Source of the DNA: Armatimonadota bacterium
GTDB taxonomy: Bacteria > Armatimonadota > SYMT01
Direction of reading: 5' to 3'
Length of the DNA stretch: 64,000 bases
NCBI GenBank assembly: GCA_041690135.1
Contig: JAWLHY010000010.1
Span: 299,511-363,510, forward strand
How positions within the stretch are numbered: position 1 is the first letter of the stretch; each line of letters starts with the position of its first letter. The notes beneath the pieces were generated by a model. The model had not been told where the DNA came from. It ran no database searches and worked only from the letters and a program-made list of their open reading frames with translations. Shown piece after piece: positions 9,417 through 19,427 of this stretch. A program made the position numbers and the translations under genes.

Positions 9417-9638
9417 ATGGCAGAGTATGGCTACACCTGGAGGTTCCGCACCAATCCCGACGGCTCCGGCATGATCGACGGTCCGGTCTCGGAGCCGCGC
9501 CGCCCCCTGCAGTTGACCCTAGAACCGGAAGATGCCGAGGCCCTGGAAGAGGAATTGGAAGGTCGCCGGGCCGACGAGCAGGACGACGCCATCAAGAGCT
9601 TCTACGCACAGCGGGTCGACGAGGAGCAGCGTACCTGA
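9417..9638 (+). CDS. Small acidic hypothetical protein
   Basis: RBS GAGGAG; codon usage matches the rest of the window. Confidence 0.65.
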   Translation: MAEYGYTWRFRTNPDGSGMIDGPVSEPRRPLQLTLEPEDAEALEEELEGRRADEQDDAIKSFYAQRVDEEQRT

Positions 9639-9672
9639 CACCCTGCGGCCAATGGAAAGTTGAGACGAAAAG

Positions 9673-11013
9673 ATGCGGACCTTATCCGAACGAACGACAT
9701 TCTCCGGAGCCTCTGGCGAGGCGGTCGTCGAGCGCGTCCGCGAAATTGGAAAGCCCCTGGAACATTCGCAGGACCTGGATCCGTTGCTGGAGATGATCGG
9801 GGATGCCCGGTACGTTCTGTTGGGCGAGGCGTCCCATGGAACCCGCGAGTATTACACCTGGCGGGCGGAGATCAGCAAGCGGCTCATCCTCGAAAAGGGG
9901 TTCTCCTTCGTGGGCGTGGAGGGAGATTGGCCGGATTGCTACCGGGTGAACCGCTTTGTGAAGGGCGCCCCCAACTCCGGCCACAGCGCCCGCGAAGTGC
10001 TCCACGCCTTCGACCGTTGGCCCACCTGGATGTGGGCCAACCGGGAAGTGGAGGAGTTTGTCACCTGGCTCCGGCAGCACAACGACGGAATTCCCGCGGA
10101 TCGGAAAGTCGGCTTTTACGGCCTGGATGTCTACAGCCTCTGGGACTCCATGCACGCTGTTCTGGATTACCTGGAACGGGTAGATCCGGACGCCGTTCCC
10201 GCGGCGAAATGGGCCTACGGCTGCTTCGACCCTTATCAGGAGGACGTGCAGGAATATGCTCGTGCCACGCAGTGGGTCAAAGCATCCTGCGAGGAAGAAG
10301 TTGTGGCGATGCTCCAGGAGATCCGGAGGAAGGCACCGGAGTACCGCGAGCGCGACGGCGAGTCGCTATTCAATGCGGAGCAGAACGCGCTGGTGGCCAG
10401 GAACGCGGAGCTTTACTACCGCACGATGGTGCGCGGTGGCGGGCAGTCCTGGAACGTTCGCGACGGGCACATGGCGGACACGCTGGACCGCCTGATGCGG
10501 CACCACGGCCCGGAGGCAAAGGCGATCGTCTGGGAGCATAACACTCACATCGGCGACGCCCGCTTCACCAACATGGCCGACCGCGGGATGTTCAACCTTG
10601 GGCAACTCGCCCGGGAACGATACGAGGCCGACGGAGTGGTGCTCGTCGGTTTCGGCGGCCACCGGGGCAGCGTCATCGCCGGGGATGCCTGGGGAGCGCC
10701 CATGCGCCGGATGCGGGTTCCCCTGGCGCGCGAAGGGAGCTGGGAAGATGTGCTCCACACGGCCTGTCGGAGAAACTCCCTGCTGTTGCTTCGGGACGAG
10801 CACTCGCCCGATATGCTGCGGACCCGCGGCCACCGGGCCATCGGGGTGGTCTATAATCCGGAGTTCGAGTCATTCGGGAACTACGTCCCTACCGTGCTGC
10901 CCCGCCGCTACGACGCCTTCCTCTACTTCGAGGAAACCCACGCCCTCCACCCGCTCCACATGAAAGAGCGGGAAGAGCACGAGGTCCCCGAAACCTACCC
11001 TTCCGGTGTTTAA
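9673..11013 (+). CDS. Erythromycin esterase family protein
   Basis: LLGEASHGT, VEGDWPD, FYGLDVYSL, WNVRD, WEHNTHIGDAR and RAIGVVY motifs. Confidence 0.93.
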   Translation: MRTLSERTTFSGASGEAVVERVREIGKPLEHSQDLDPLLEMIGDARYVLLGEASHGTREYYTWRAEISKRLILEKGFSFVGVEGDWPDCYRVNRFVKGAPNSGHSAREVLHAFDRWPTWMWANREVEEFVTWLRQHNDGIPADRKVGFYGLDVYSLWDSMHAVLDYLERVDPDAVPAAKWAYGCFDPYQEDVQEYARATQWVKASCEEEVVAMLQEIRRKAPEYRERDGESLFNAEQNALVARNAELYYRTMVRGGGQSWNVRDGHMADTLDRLMRHHGPEAKAIVWEHNTHIGDARFTNMADRGMFNLGQLARERYEADGVVLVGFGGHRGSVIAGDAWGAPMRRMRVPLAREGSWEDVLHTACRRNSLLLLRDEHSPDMLRTRGHRAIGVVYNPEFESFGNYVPTVLPRRYDAFLYFEETHALHPLHMKEREEHEVPETYPSGV

Positions 11014-11276
11014 TCAAGACGGCGGTGTTGAGGAATCGGTTATGCCCGCGGAACACACGGAAAGACGCGGAAGTCGCCGAGCGAAACCAGAAGTTCGCAT
11101 CTGTATTAGACCAGATTTCTGTGATGCTGATTTGCCAGGCATGCGGTTGCCACACGGTGGGGTGAACGAGATGCCCACCCCCTTTTGGCAACCGCAGCAG
11201 TTCCTCGCCCGTGCTGGCCGTGCAGTGTGGCGTCCTGGACTCACCGCGGACTCGCAAACCAACGCGGCAATACCTC

Positions 11277-11927
11277 CTACCTTCCCGTAGAGGCAAGGAT
11301 ATCGCGCACCTTCAGGTTGTCGATGCGCGCGGACTGTCCGGTGATCACGAAGCGCAGTCCAGGCTTGGGCAGTCCCAGCAGCGGATCAGACGCCTTCGCC
11401 ACGTGCCCTTCGCCGACTCGCGCGATCACTTCCGATCCCACGTGTTCCACGTTCAACGTGTACCACTTGCCCGCTTCAAAGGCCGTCTTCACCTCCGCCA
11501 GCATCGCCCGCTTGATCTCCGGGTTGCCCTTGTCCGGGTCGCGTAGAATGGCAAACCCATCCGGACGGAGCACCACGCGGAACAGGTGGCCCTTGCGGCC
11601 GGGCGTTCCCGGCTTCACGTCGAAGCTAAGCGCCAGTGCCTTGGCGCCGTCGAGGCGGAAGTCGAAGCTCACACCCAGGTTCTGGTTGGGCCGCGGGATC
11701 ACCAGCACGCCGTTGTGCTTGTCTTCCGGCTTCTCCGCCAGCACCAGGGCACCCTCTTCCACGCGAAAGTCTCCGTGCGCGACGCGCCAGCCGCCGGGAA
11801 CCTTGCCGGAAGAGAAATCTTCCTGAAGCGCTGTACTGGGATCTGCGGCGTGAAGTGCGAGCGGCGTCAGCACGAGGCCGGCGGGAATCAGTGCGAGGCA
11901 GGCGTTGCGAAGCAGGTTGGTCATCAT
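11277..11927 (-). CDS. Secreted concanavalin-like (DUF1080-related) protein
   Basis: Sec signal; EDFS..W, GKWYTL and IDNLKV beta-sandwich pattern. Confidence 0.65.
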   Translation of the reverse strand: MMTNLLRNACLALIPAGLVLTPLALHAADPSTALQEDFSSGKVPGGWRVAHGDFRVEEGALVLAEKPEDKHNGVLVIPRPNQNLGVSFDFRLDGAKALALSFDVKPGTPGRKGHLFRVVLRPDGFAILRDPDKGNPEIKRAMLAEVKTAFEAGKWYTLNVEHVGSEVIARVGEGHVAKASDPLLGLPKPGLRFVITGQSARIDNLKVRDILASTGR

Positions 11928-12132
11928 GGAAGTCCTCCGCGCCCTCTGACGTTCGCCCGCCCGCCCGGTTCACAAATACAGGACCCACCAGGGGTGAGAA
12001 ACGCGACTGCGCAGTTCTCTGCGACTGCTCATTTCTCTCTCGGATCCCACGCCAAAGAGGAGTTTCCGGCAGCGCGGCGCACCATGAACTGTTGCCGCCA
12101 GGTGGGGCGGTCATCTTCCGGAGGGTGGATCG

Positions 12133-13083
12133 GTGGAACGAATCACGCGCAGAACATTGCTGGTTACCGGCATGGCTTCCGGTGCCGCACTCCTGGGGAC
12201 CCGGTCGCTGGCACTGGCCGCCGATGAGCCCCAGGTGGAGATCCGGAAGGATGTCCCCTACCTGCCCGCCGGCCGCACCGAGAAGTTGGACCTCTACCTC
12301 CCCGCGGGCCGGCCCGCCGGCACCCGCTCTCCGGCGGTGGTGATCATCCACGGCGGCGGCTGGCGGGGCGGGGACAAGGGAGCTTCGCGGGAGATCAACA
12401 TCGGGACCAACCTGGCCCGCGCCGGCTACGTTTGCGCCAGCATCAATTACAGGCTGATCCCGGCCTCCGGCGAGATGATCTGGCCGCAGAACCTGCACGA
12501 CTGCAAGAACGCCGTCCGTTACCTGCGCACCCATGCGGAAAAATACGGCATCGACCCCGAGCACGTGGGGGGGATCGGCGGGTCCGCGGGTGGGCACCTG
12601 GCGCTCATGGTGGGCTTCACCTCCGACCACCCCACCCTCTCACCCCAGCAGCCCTATCCCGGGGTCTCCGACCGTGTCCAGGCGATCGTTGACATGTATG
12701 GTGCTCCCAACCTGCTCACGCGCCAGGAGACGGACGCGGAGGGCAACCCCACCGGCAAGTTCAAGGGCGGGCCGGAGACCCTGCTCGGAGGCACCCGCGA
12801 GCAGGTGCCGGAGCGATGGCGAGAAGCTTCACCCGTCTTCCATCTAACGAAAGACGCGCCACCGGTGTTGATCCTGCACGGCAAAAAGGACACGACCGTG
12901 GATCGCGACCAGTCGATCGAACTCGCGGCAAGACTGAAGGAAATGGGTGTGGAACACCGCCTGGAGCTCATCGACGGGGTCGGCCACACCTTCGACCTGC
13001 AAACCTGGGCGCGCAAACCCCTTCCCTACGACCTCCGCCCCATGGTGATCGGCTTTTTCGATCGCCACTTGAAGCCGGAGTGA
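12133..13083 (+). CDS. Alpha/beta hydrolase (HSL-type esterase), Tat-exported
   Basis: HGGGW, GGSAGGHL, HGKKD and GH motifs; TRRTLL Tat motif. Confidence 0.92.
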   Translation: MERITRRTLLVTGMASGAALLGTRSLALAADEPQVEIRKDVPYLPAGRTEKLDLYLPAGRPAGTRSPAVVIIHGGGWRGGDKGASREINIGTNLARAGYVCASINYRLIPASGEMIWPQNLHDCKNAVRYLRTHAEKYGIDPEHVGGIGGSAGGHLALMVGFTSDHPTLSPQQPYPGVSDRVQAIVDMYGAPNLLTRQETDAEGNPTGKFKGGPETLLGGTREQVPERWREASPVFHLTKDAPPVLILHGKKDTTVDRDQSIELAARLKEMGVEHRLELIDGVGHTFDLQTWARKPLPYDLRPMVIGFFDRHLKPE

Positions 13084-13190
13084 GCTCGTTTGGCGGTACC
13101 ATCACAGCATGGTTCGAGGCATACCCGTTCAGCTATCGATACGAACCACTTCCGCTACATCAGGCCTGATAACGGCGTAATGGTGAATTC

Positions 13191-13667
13191 ATGCGTGTCG
13201 AAGGTGAGTACATTAGCATGTCCGACTTGTCGTGGATAGCCGTTGACGGCACGGGCAATCTTGGCCACTTCAAAGCCGGACCTACAGGTGCCATACCTGA
13301 GAGCATCAAGGAGTCTCGAGAGGATTTGGATCGAGTTGTTGAATTCTGTGAGGAAAAACTTCAGCCGGTGACCGAAGCAGTTCTATTGCCGGGATGGAGA
13401 AGCAGGGTAAAAATCGAGCCGCACAACGAACGTTACTATATCGAAGCATTTTCCGATATGGCAACACGCGGATTCTTCACCTTTGACATAATCTCCGCTG
13501 ACTACAGAACTGGAGTGAGTGGTTACTTCAAGGTAGCCATTCCCAAAGTACCCCTGAACATTGCCGACCTACCAAACGCCATTCAGATTATCATCGGAAA
13601 GACCAGGCTTGCCGATCTCCACTTTGGGCAGGTTGACGAGATATCGGCATCCCAACTCTTGCGGTAG
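13191..13667 (+). CDS. Hypothetical protein in low-GC segment
   Basis: Clean ORF with AT-richer codons than flanks; WIAVDGTGNLGHF and RGFFTFD motifs. Confidence 0.7.
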   Translation: MRVEGEYISMSDLSWIAVDGTGNLGHFKAGPTGAIPESIKESREDLDRVVEFCEEKLQPVTEAVLLPGWRSRVKIEPHNERYYIEAFSDMATRGFFTFDIISADYRTGVSGYFKVAIPKVPLNIADLPNAIQIIIGKTRLADLHFGQVDEISASQLLR

Positions 13668-13757
13668 CAACATTTGCCCCTCAAGCCGGCAGGCGGCTTC
13701 GCGAAGAAATGCCCGTTCCACGGCCTGAACGCCCAGTGCCTGAACACCCAACGCCCG

Positions 13758-14894
13758 CTACGGAAACATCATCAGGTCCGTCGGCGGACCGCTGGAGGGG
13801 ATGGGGCGTGGGGCCAGGCGCTCGCCGGTAGAGGCCTGGAACACCAGCACTCCCTGGCTATCAAAGGTGCCGTCCGGTACGAAGAGCGTGTCCGTGCGCG
13901 GGTCGTGCTCCAGTGCCGGTACGGCATAGCCCACGGAAACGTGCAACTCCGGGTCCGGGTCCACGCCCCAGGTAAGCGAGAACGGCTTGAGGTGGGAGGA
14001 AAGGTCCAGGTCCGTGGAATAGACCAGGTACCCCTGGTCGCGGCTGATCAACACGAACGGTCCCAGGTCCGCGCCGACCATTCCGTCCTCCTCGCGAATC
14101 GCCAGCCCGAGGGAACGCAGGTTGGCCAGGTCGATCTCTTCCAGGCCCCCCTTATCGTGGAAGCCGCCGGTGGCGCTCACCAACAGCCGCCCCGACTTGG
14201 GAATGACCTGCATCCGATGCTTGGGAGAGGTGCCCGTCAGCCGGATCCCCTGCACCCCACCCAGCGTCGCGTCTGCATCGACCAGTTGCTCCGTCCGCAG
14301 GTCCACGACTGCCAGGTACGCGGGAGACTCATAACCGGTAGGGGAGGTAGCGTTGAGCCTGCGGATCTGGATGAAGAGGCGGTCACCATGGAGGGCCATC
14401 GTGCCCAGGTCGGGAACGCCGTCCGAATCGGCAAACGAGCTCAGGTCCACCACTTCCTTCAGACGCCCGTTCCGGAGGTCCAGGCGCAAGAGGCGGGTGG
14501 CATTCGGGCGAGAGATGTAAGCGTAGCGCTTCTTGTAGACCGCCAGGTCGTCCGGTGGATTGGCCCGGCCAAGAGTGTATACTCGCCGCCCACCCTGGGG
14601 ATTAACGCGGGTAACGGTCCCGTGGCTCCGACCCAGCACGAAAAGTTTCCCATCCGCCGATCGGAAGCCCGTATCCGCTCCCACTACTTGCGGCCGGCCG
14701 ACGAAGTTCCAGAACGGCTGCGGCACCAGGCTGTTGAAGAGACCGACCTGCCGGTCCACATCGTTCCAGGCCACCGCCAGGCGGGGAGCCTTCGGACCGG
14801 GCCGTGCCGCTTCTACCGGGCCGCGTGCGCCCCACCCCACGAATGCAGCCGCAGCCAGGCTGCCCACCACCAACCCACGATACGAACGCCTCAC
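13758..14894 (-). CDS. Secreted YncE-like beta-propeller protein
   Basis: Signal peptide; repeated propeller blades; DLSSFADSDGVP; C-terminal GPPTDL. Confidence 0.7.
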   Translation of the reverse strand: MRRSYRGLVVGSLAAAAFVGWGARGPVEAARPGPKAPRLAVAWNDVDRQVGLFNSLVPQPFWNFVGRPQVVGADTGFRSADGKLFVLGRSHGTVTRVNPQGGRRVYTLGRANPPDDLAVYKKRYAYISRPNATRLLRLDLRNGRLKEVVDLSSFADSDGVPDLGTMALHGDRLFIQIRRLNATSPTGYESPAYLAVVDLRTEQLVDADATLGGVQGIRLTGTSPKHRMQVIPKSGRLLVSATGGFHDKGGLEEIDLANLRSLGLAIREEDGMVGADLGPFVLISRDQGYLVYSTDLDLSSHLKPFSLTWGVDPDPELHVSVGYAVPALEHDPRTDTLFVPDGTFDSQGVLVFQASTGERLAPRPIPSSGPPTDLMMFP

Positions 14895-15036
14895 CCTTAT
14901 TCCCCCGTCTGCCGGCGCCGCGCTCCCAAATCTCGGGCCACCCGGGTGCCACTACCCCGAGCGAGGTGCTGCCCATCCCCTGCTAGTTCGCCGAAGGGGG
15001 GACTGGTTTCCTTGCGGGCCCCGCTGAAGGCCAACT

Positions 15037-16488
15037 TCAGACGAGCACATCCCGCACTACGTGGGCCTTCTCCACCCCGGAAAGGCGGAAGTCAAGCCCC
15101 TGGTACCGGTAGGTGAACCGCTCGTGGTCGATCCCCAGCAGGTGGAGGATCGTTGCGTGCAGGTCGCGGACGTGGACCGGGTTCTCGGCCGCGAAGTATC
15201 CGAACTCGTCGGTGTTGCCGTAGGTGACCCCGCCCTTTACCCCACCGCCCGCCATCCACATGGAGAAGCCGCGGATGTGGTGGTCGCGCCCGGGGAATTT
15301 CCCCTTACCCTGGAACATCGGGGTCCGCCCGAACTCGCCGCCCCAGATCACCAGGGTATCGTCCAGCATCCCCCGCTGCTTCAGGTCCATCACCAGGGCG
15401 GCGCTGGGCTGGTCGCAAAGGCCGCAGCAGGTCTTCATGTAGGGGACCAGGTCGCCGTGATGGTCCCATCCGCGGTGGTAAAGCTGGATGAAGCGCACCC
15501 CCCGCTCCGCCAGGCGGCGCGCCAGCAGGCAGTTGGAGGCAAAGGAGCCATCGCCCGGCCTAGCCCCGTACATATCCAGCACCGACTGCGGCTCGTCCCG
15601 CAGGTCCATCAGTTCCGGAACGCTCGTCTGCATGCGGAATGCCAGCTCATACTGGGCGACCCGCGTCTCCAGGTCGGGGCTCGCCACCGTCTCGTTCCGC
15701 AGCACGTTCAATTCCCGCAGGGTATCGATCAGGCGCGCCTGCTGCTTCATGCTCACCCCGGCGGGGTTGCGCACGTAGTGGACGGGATCCCCGGAGGAAT
15801 AGAACTGCACTCCCTGGTGTCGACCCGGAAGGAAACCGGGGCCCCACTGGCGCGAGGCGATCGGCTGCGGGTTGCGGCCACCCTCGCTGGTCATCACCAC
15901 GAAGCCCGGCAGGTTCCGGCTCTCGCTGCCCAGGCCGTAGGTGATCCACGACCCCATGCTCGGGCGGCCGGAGATCGAGGTGCCGGTGTTCATCACGGTA
16001 TGCGCCGGGTCGTGGTTGATCTGGTCCGTGTGCATCGACCGGATGATGCAAATTTCGTCCGCAATCCGGGCCGTGTGCGGCAGGATTTCGGAAATCTCCT
16101 GGCCGGACTTGCCGTGGCGGCCGAACTGGAACTGCGGCCCCAGGCACTTCAACTCCTTACCCTGAAGCTGGGCGATCGGCTGACCCTGGGTGACGGAGGG
16201 CGGCATGGGCTCTCCATCCAGGCGCGCCAACGTCGGCTTGTAATCGAAGGTCTCCAGGTGCGAGGGCCCACCGGACATATAGAGGAAGATCACCCGCTTT
16301 GCCTTCGGCGCGAAGTGCGGCAGGCCGGGCAGCCCGCCCATCCGCACGCTGCCACCCGAGCTGGAGGCCGCCTGTGCCGCTTCCGGTCCGAGCAGGCAGG
16401 AAAGAGCCATCGAGCCCAGACCCAGCCCGGCCCCACTCAGGAATGCCCGGCGGTTCATCAACTGCATCCACTCCTCACCTGGCCTCAT
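15037..16488 (-). CDS. DUF1501 domain protein
   Basis: NRRAFL Tat motif; GGPSHLETFDYKP, LARRLAERGVRF, WDHH and GEFGRTP...GRDHH motifs. Confidence 0.95.
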   Translation of the reverse strand: MRPGEEWMQLMNRRAFLSGAGLGLGSMALSCLLGPEAAQAASSSGGSVRMGGLPGLPHFAPKAKRVIFLYMSGGPSHLETFDYKPTLARLDGEPMPPSVTQGQPIAQLQGKELKCLGPQFQFGRHGKSGQEISEILPHTARIADEICIIRSMHTDQINHDPAHTVMNTGTSISGRPSMGSWITYGLGSESRNLPGFVVMTSEGGRNPQPIASRQWGPGFLPGRHQGVQFYSSGDPVHYVRNPAGVSMKQQARLIDTLRELNVLRNETVASPDLETRVAQYELAFRMQTSVPELMDLRDEPQSVLDMYGARPGDGSFASNCLLARRLAERGVRFIQLYHRGWDHHGDLVPYMKTCCGLCDQPSAALVMDLKQRGMLDDTLVIWGGEFGRTPMFQGKGKFPGRDHHIRGFSMWMAGGGVKGGVTYGNTDEFGYFAAENPVHVRDLHATILHLLGIDHERFTYRYQGLDFRLSGVEKAHVVRDVLV

Positions 16489-16642
16489 GATTTCCCCCAA
16501 CCTTCATCCCATCGCACACCCAAGCACAAGAAGCTGCCTACCCCAAAACGACCTGGCCCCACAACTGCCATTTCGTTTAGGTCATCCCCAGGTAGCCTGA
16601 CCGCCCGGAAGCCTGTCCGCCCGAAGGCCAGACCGCCTGAAT

Positions 16643-19252
16643 TCAGTTCCGAGTGATCGCCTCACTCAAGTTCAACAGGGCTCGGCCGACGCTGGTCCAC
16701 GCTGCCAACTCCGCCCGATCCACGCCCGGCGGTTGCGGCGCCATGCCGGTCTTCAGCAATGCTTCCGCGGCCGCGGCATCGGCGCGGTAATCCTGCAGGT
16801 TCTCCCGGTAGAGGCGCAGCAGGGTCTCCGTTTCACGGTCCAATGGCTGTCGCGAGAGAACCATCCGCCACGCCCAACGTGCGCGCTCTTGTTCCGTAGG
16901 CCCGCCTTCCTTCATGATACGGGTCGCGAATACGCGGGCGGCTTCCACGAACGTAGGGTCGTTGAGCAGAGTAAGCGCGGAAAGTGGCGTATTGGTGATC
17001 GGGCGCTGGGCCGTACACTCCTCGCGCGAAGGGGCGTCGAACGCCCGCAGCATCGGGTGCAGGAACTGTCGCTGCCAGTGGACGTAAACCCCACGCCGGT
17101 ACTGGTTGTCGTCCGTATCGTGCTTGTAGGTCCGCCGCGGGAAGTTGAGCAGCGCATAATATCCGTCCGGCTGGTATGGGCGGGCGCTGGGTCCGCCCAG
17201 CCGCTCCACCAGCAAGCCGCTGATCCCGAGCGCGCTGTCGCGGATCATCTCCGCGGGCACCCGGGACCGCCCCTGCCGGGCGAACAACCGGTTCTCCGGA
17301 TCCCGCGCCACGAGGGCAGGTTCCCCTACCGACGATTGCCGGTACGCCGCAGAAGTCACGATGAGGCGGACGAGGGACTTGGTGCTCCAACCCAGGCCTT
17401 GGGTGGGGCCGGGGGCTGGGGGCCGGGGGCTGGGGACTGATCCGTATTGCGTATTGCGTAATGCGTAACTCAAGCCCCGGTAATCAAAGCCTTCTACCGT
17501 CCGCAGGGTTCGGATCTCCCTTGCACCCTGCCCCCGGCTCCCCTGCGTCGTGGCGACCGCCGACGGTGCCGCGAACCGCGAGGCTATGTAATCGAGAAGC
17601 TCCGGATGGGTCGGCCATTCCCCCTGGTTGCCGGTGTCGTCGAGCGACCGGCAGAGGCCGGCACCGAAGAGAAGATACCAGATGCGGTTCACGAACACGC
17701 GAGAGGTCTGCGGGTGGTCCGGCGAAGTCAACCACCGCGCCAGGTCGAGGCGAGTGGCTCGCCGACCCTTAACGGCAATCGGCGTCAGGAAGTGGGGCAC
17801 GGCGGGCTGCACGATCTCGCCGGTCTCGTCCATCCAATCGCCCCGTTTCAACACCCGGATGGTCCGGGGCGGCACGGAAACCGTGATCATGGTGCGGCGC
17901 TTTCGTGCCGCCAGCTCTGCGGCCCGCTTTTCCAGCTTCACGATCTCCTGCCGGGCATCCGCCAACTGTCCTTGCGCGGAGGATCCGGCGGGCACCACCG
18001 CGACGGGGCCTTTCAGCTCCTCGATTCGCTTCCGGATCCGCTCCAACTCCACCTGGTCGAACGGCGAGAGGACTTCCAGTTCCGGCGCGCGCACGGTCGG
18101 CGTGATGTCCGCCCCGGGGTACGCGCCCCGCTCCTGGATGTCCGCGAAGAAAGAGACGAGGCTGTAGAAATCCTTCTGGCTGTAGGGATCGTACTTATGG
18201 TCGTGGCACTCGGCGCAGCCCATGGTGGCGCCCATCCATACGCTGGAAACGTTCCGGACCCGGTCCGCGGCATACTTGGCCAGGTACTCCTTGTCCTGCG
18301 CGCCGCCTTCGTGGGTGGTCTGGAGCAGGCGGTTGTAACCGGATGCGATCTTCTGGTTTACCGTAGGATTGGGCAGGAGATCGCCGGCAAGCTGTTCGAC
18401 GGTGAACCGGTCGAACGGCATGTCATCGTTGAAGGCCTGGATCACATAGTCGCGGTAAGGTGAGATGGGGTGTTCCTGGTCCCCGTGGTAGCCCACGGTG
18501 TCGGCGTACCGCACCAGGTCGAGCCAGTACATGGCCATCCGCTCCCCGTACCGGGGTGACGCCAGCAAGCGGTCCACTTGGCGCTCGTAGGCGTCCGGAC
18601 GCCCGTCGGCCAGAAAGGTGTCCACTTCCGACGGCGTGGGCGGCATTCCTGTCAGGTCGAACGAGAGGCGCCGGATGAGGGTGACGCGATCCGCTTCCGG
18701 TGCCGGCTTCAATCCGGCACCTTCGATCTTCGCCAGCACGAAGCGGTCGATCGGGTTGCGTACCCACCCTGCCTGTTTCACCGTGGGGACTTGCGGCACG
18801 CGAGGCGGAATATACGACCAGTGCTTTTGATAGGAGCCGCCCTGCTCGATCCACCGCTTCAAAAGGGTGATCTCGCTGGAGGTCAGGGCCTTCTGGGTGT
18901 GCGCCGGGGGCATCCGCAGCGCCTCCTTCGGGTGTACCGCCCGCTGAATGAGCGTGCTCTGATCCGGTTTCCCCGGCACCAGCGCTCGGCGTCCACTGCG
19001 GCCGGCCTTCGCCCCCTCCTCCGTGTCCAGGCGGAGGCCTGCCTGACGGTGGTTGGCATCCGGTCCATGGCAGGAGAAGCACTTATCCGACAGGATTGGG
19101 CGGATATCCCGGTTGAACTCGACGCGTGAAACCGTCGCGCTCCTGGCCGGAGCCAGCCCCAATCCGGCGGCGCCGGTCGCCAGGCCCGCGACGGCGGTTA
19201 TCAAAAGGGCCGGCCTCGGCCGCGGGGAAAAGAGTTTCCGGGAGTCACGCAT
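16643..19252 (-). CDS. Planctomycete cytochrome c + DUF1549 + DUF1553 (PSD1) protein with in-frame repeat insert
   Basis: FNRDIRPILSDKCFSCHGPD, NPIDRF, CAECHDHKYDP and PTHPELLD motifs; 60-aa segment at 17393-17572. Confidence 0.95.
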   Translation of the reverse strand: MRDSRKLFSPRPRPALLITAVAGLATGAAGLGLAPARSATVSRVEFNRDIRPILSDKCFSCHGPDANHRQAGLRLDTEEGAKAGRSGRRALVPGKPDQSTLIQRAVHPKEALRMPPAHTQKALTSSEITLLKRWIEQGGSYQKHWSYIPPRVPQVPTVKQAGWVRNPIDRFVLAKIEGAGLKPAPEADRVTLIRRLSFDLTGMPPTPSEVDTFLADGRPDAYERQVDRLLASPRYGERMAMYWLDLVRYADTVGYHGDQEHPISPYRDYVIQAFNDDMPFDRFTVEQLAGDLLPNPTVNQKIASGYNRLLQTTHEGGAQDKEYLAKYAADRVRNVSSVWMGATMGCAECHDHKYDPYSQKDFYSLVSFFADIQERGAYPGADITPTVRAPELEVLSPFDQVELERIRKRIEELKGPVAVVPAGSSAQGQLADARQEIVKLEKRAAELAARKRRTMITVSVPPRTIRVLKRGDWMDETGEIVQPAVPHFLTPIAVKGRRATRLDLARWLTSPDHPQTSRVFVNRIWYLLFGAGLCRSLDDTGNQGEWPTHPELLDYIASRFAAPSAVATTQGSRGQGAREIRTLRTVEGFDYRGLSYALRNTQYGSVPSPRPPAPGPTQGLGWSTKSLVRLIVTSAAYRQSSVGEPALVARDPENRLFARQGRSRVPAEMIRDSALGISGLLVERLGGPSARPYQPDGYYALLNFPRRTYKHDTDDNQYRRGVYVHWQRQFLHPMLRAFDAPSREECTAQRPITNTPLSALTLLNDPTFVEAARVFATRIMKEGGPTEQERARWAWRMVLSRQPLDRETETLLRLYRENLQDYRADAAAAEALLKTGMAPQPPGVDRAELAAWTSVGRALLNLSEAITRN
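17393..17572 (-). repeat. In-frame heptamer-repeat hairpin cassette
   Basis: Nine phased 7-mers at 17406-17468 and a complementary G-rich arm at 17511-17545. Confidence 0.8.
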
Positions 19253-19427
19253 GGAACAAGTACCTCGACCGGATGAGACACCAGGATCCGGAGTTCGTTG
19301 CAACCACGGGAACCACATCGATGGGGGCGCATTGACGCCCAGTCTCCTTTTCGGGATGGTAATATCCAGCGCCTTCTTGTATCGCGTAGAGATCTCCGTC
19401 GCGGACCTCTTGTCTCCGTAACCGCAT
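19245..19427 (-). CDS. Possible small ORF coupled to the PSD1 gene
   Basis: AGGAG 6 nt before ATG; its stop overlaps the downstream start (ATGCGTGA). Confidence 0.35.
   Translation of the reverse strand: MRLRRQEVRDGDLYAIQEGAGYYHPEKETGRQCAPIDVVPVVATNSGSWCLIRSRYLFHA

Noticed and set aside
13674-16656. Long plus-strand ORFs (480 and 531 aa)
   Set aside because: Antisense to well-supported minus-strand genes
17393-17572. Intein or self-splicing intron explanation for the insert
   Set aside because: Too short; no Cys/Ser start or His-Asn end; no group I/II intron consensus
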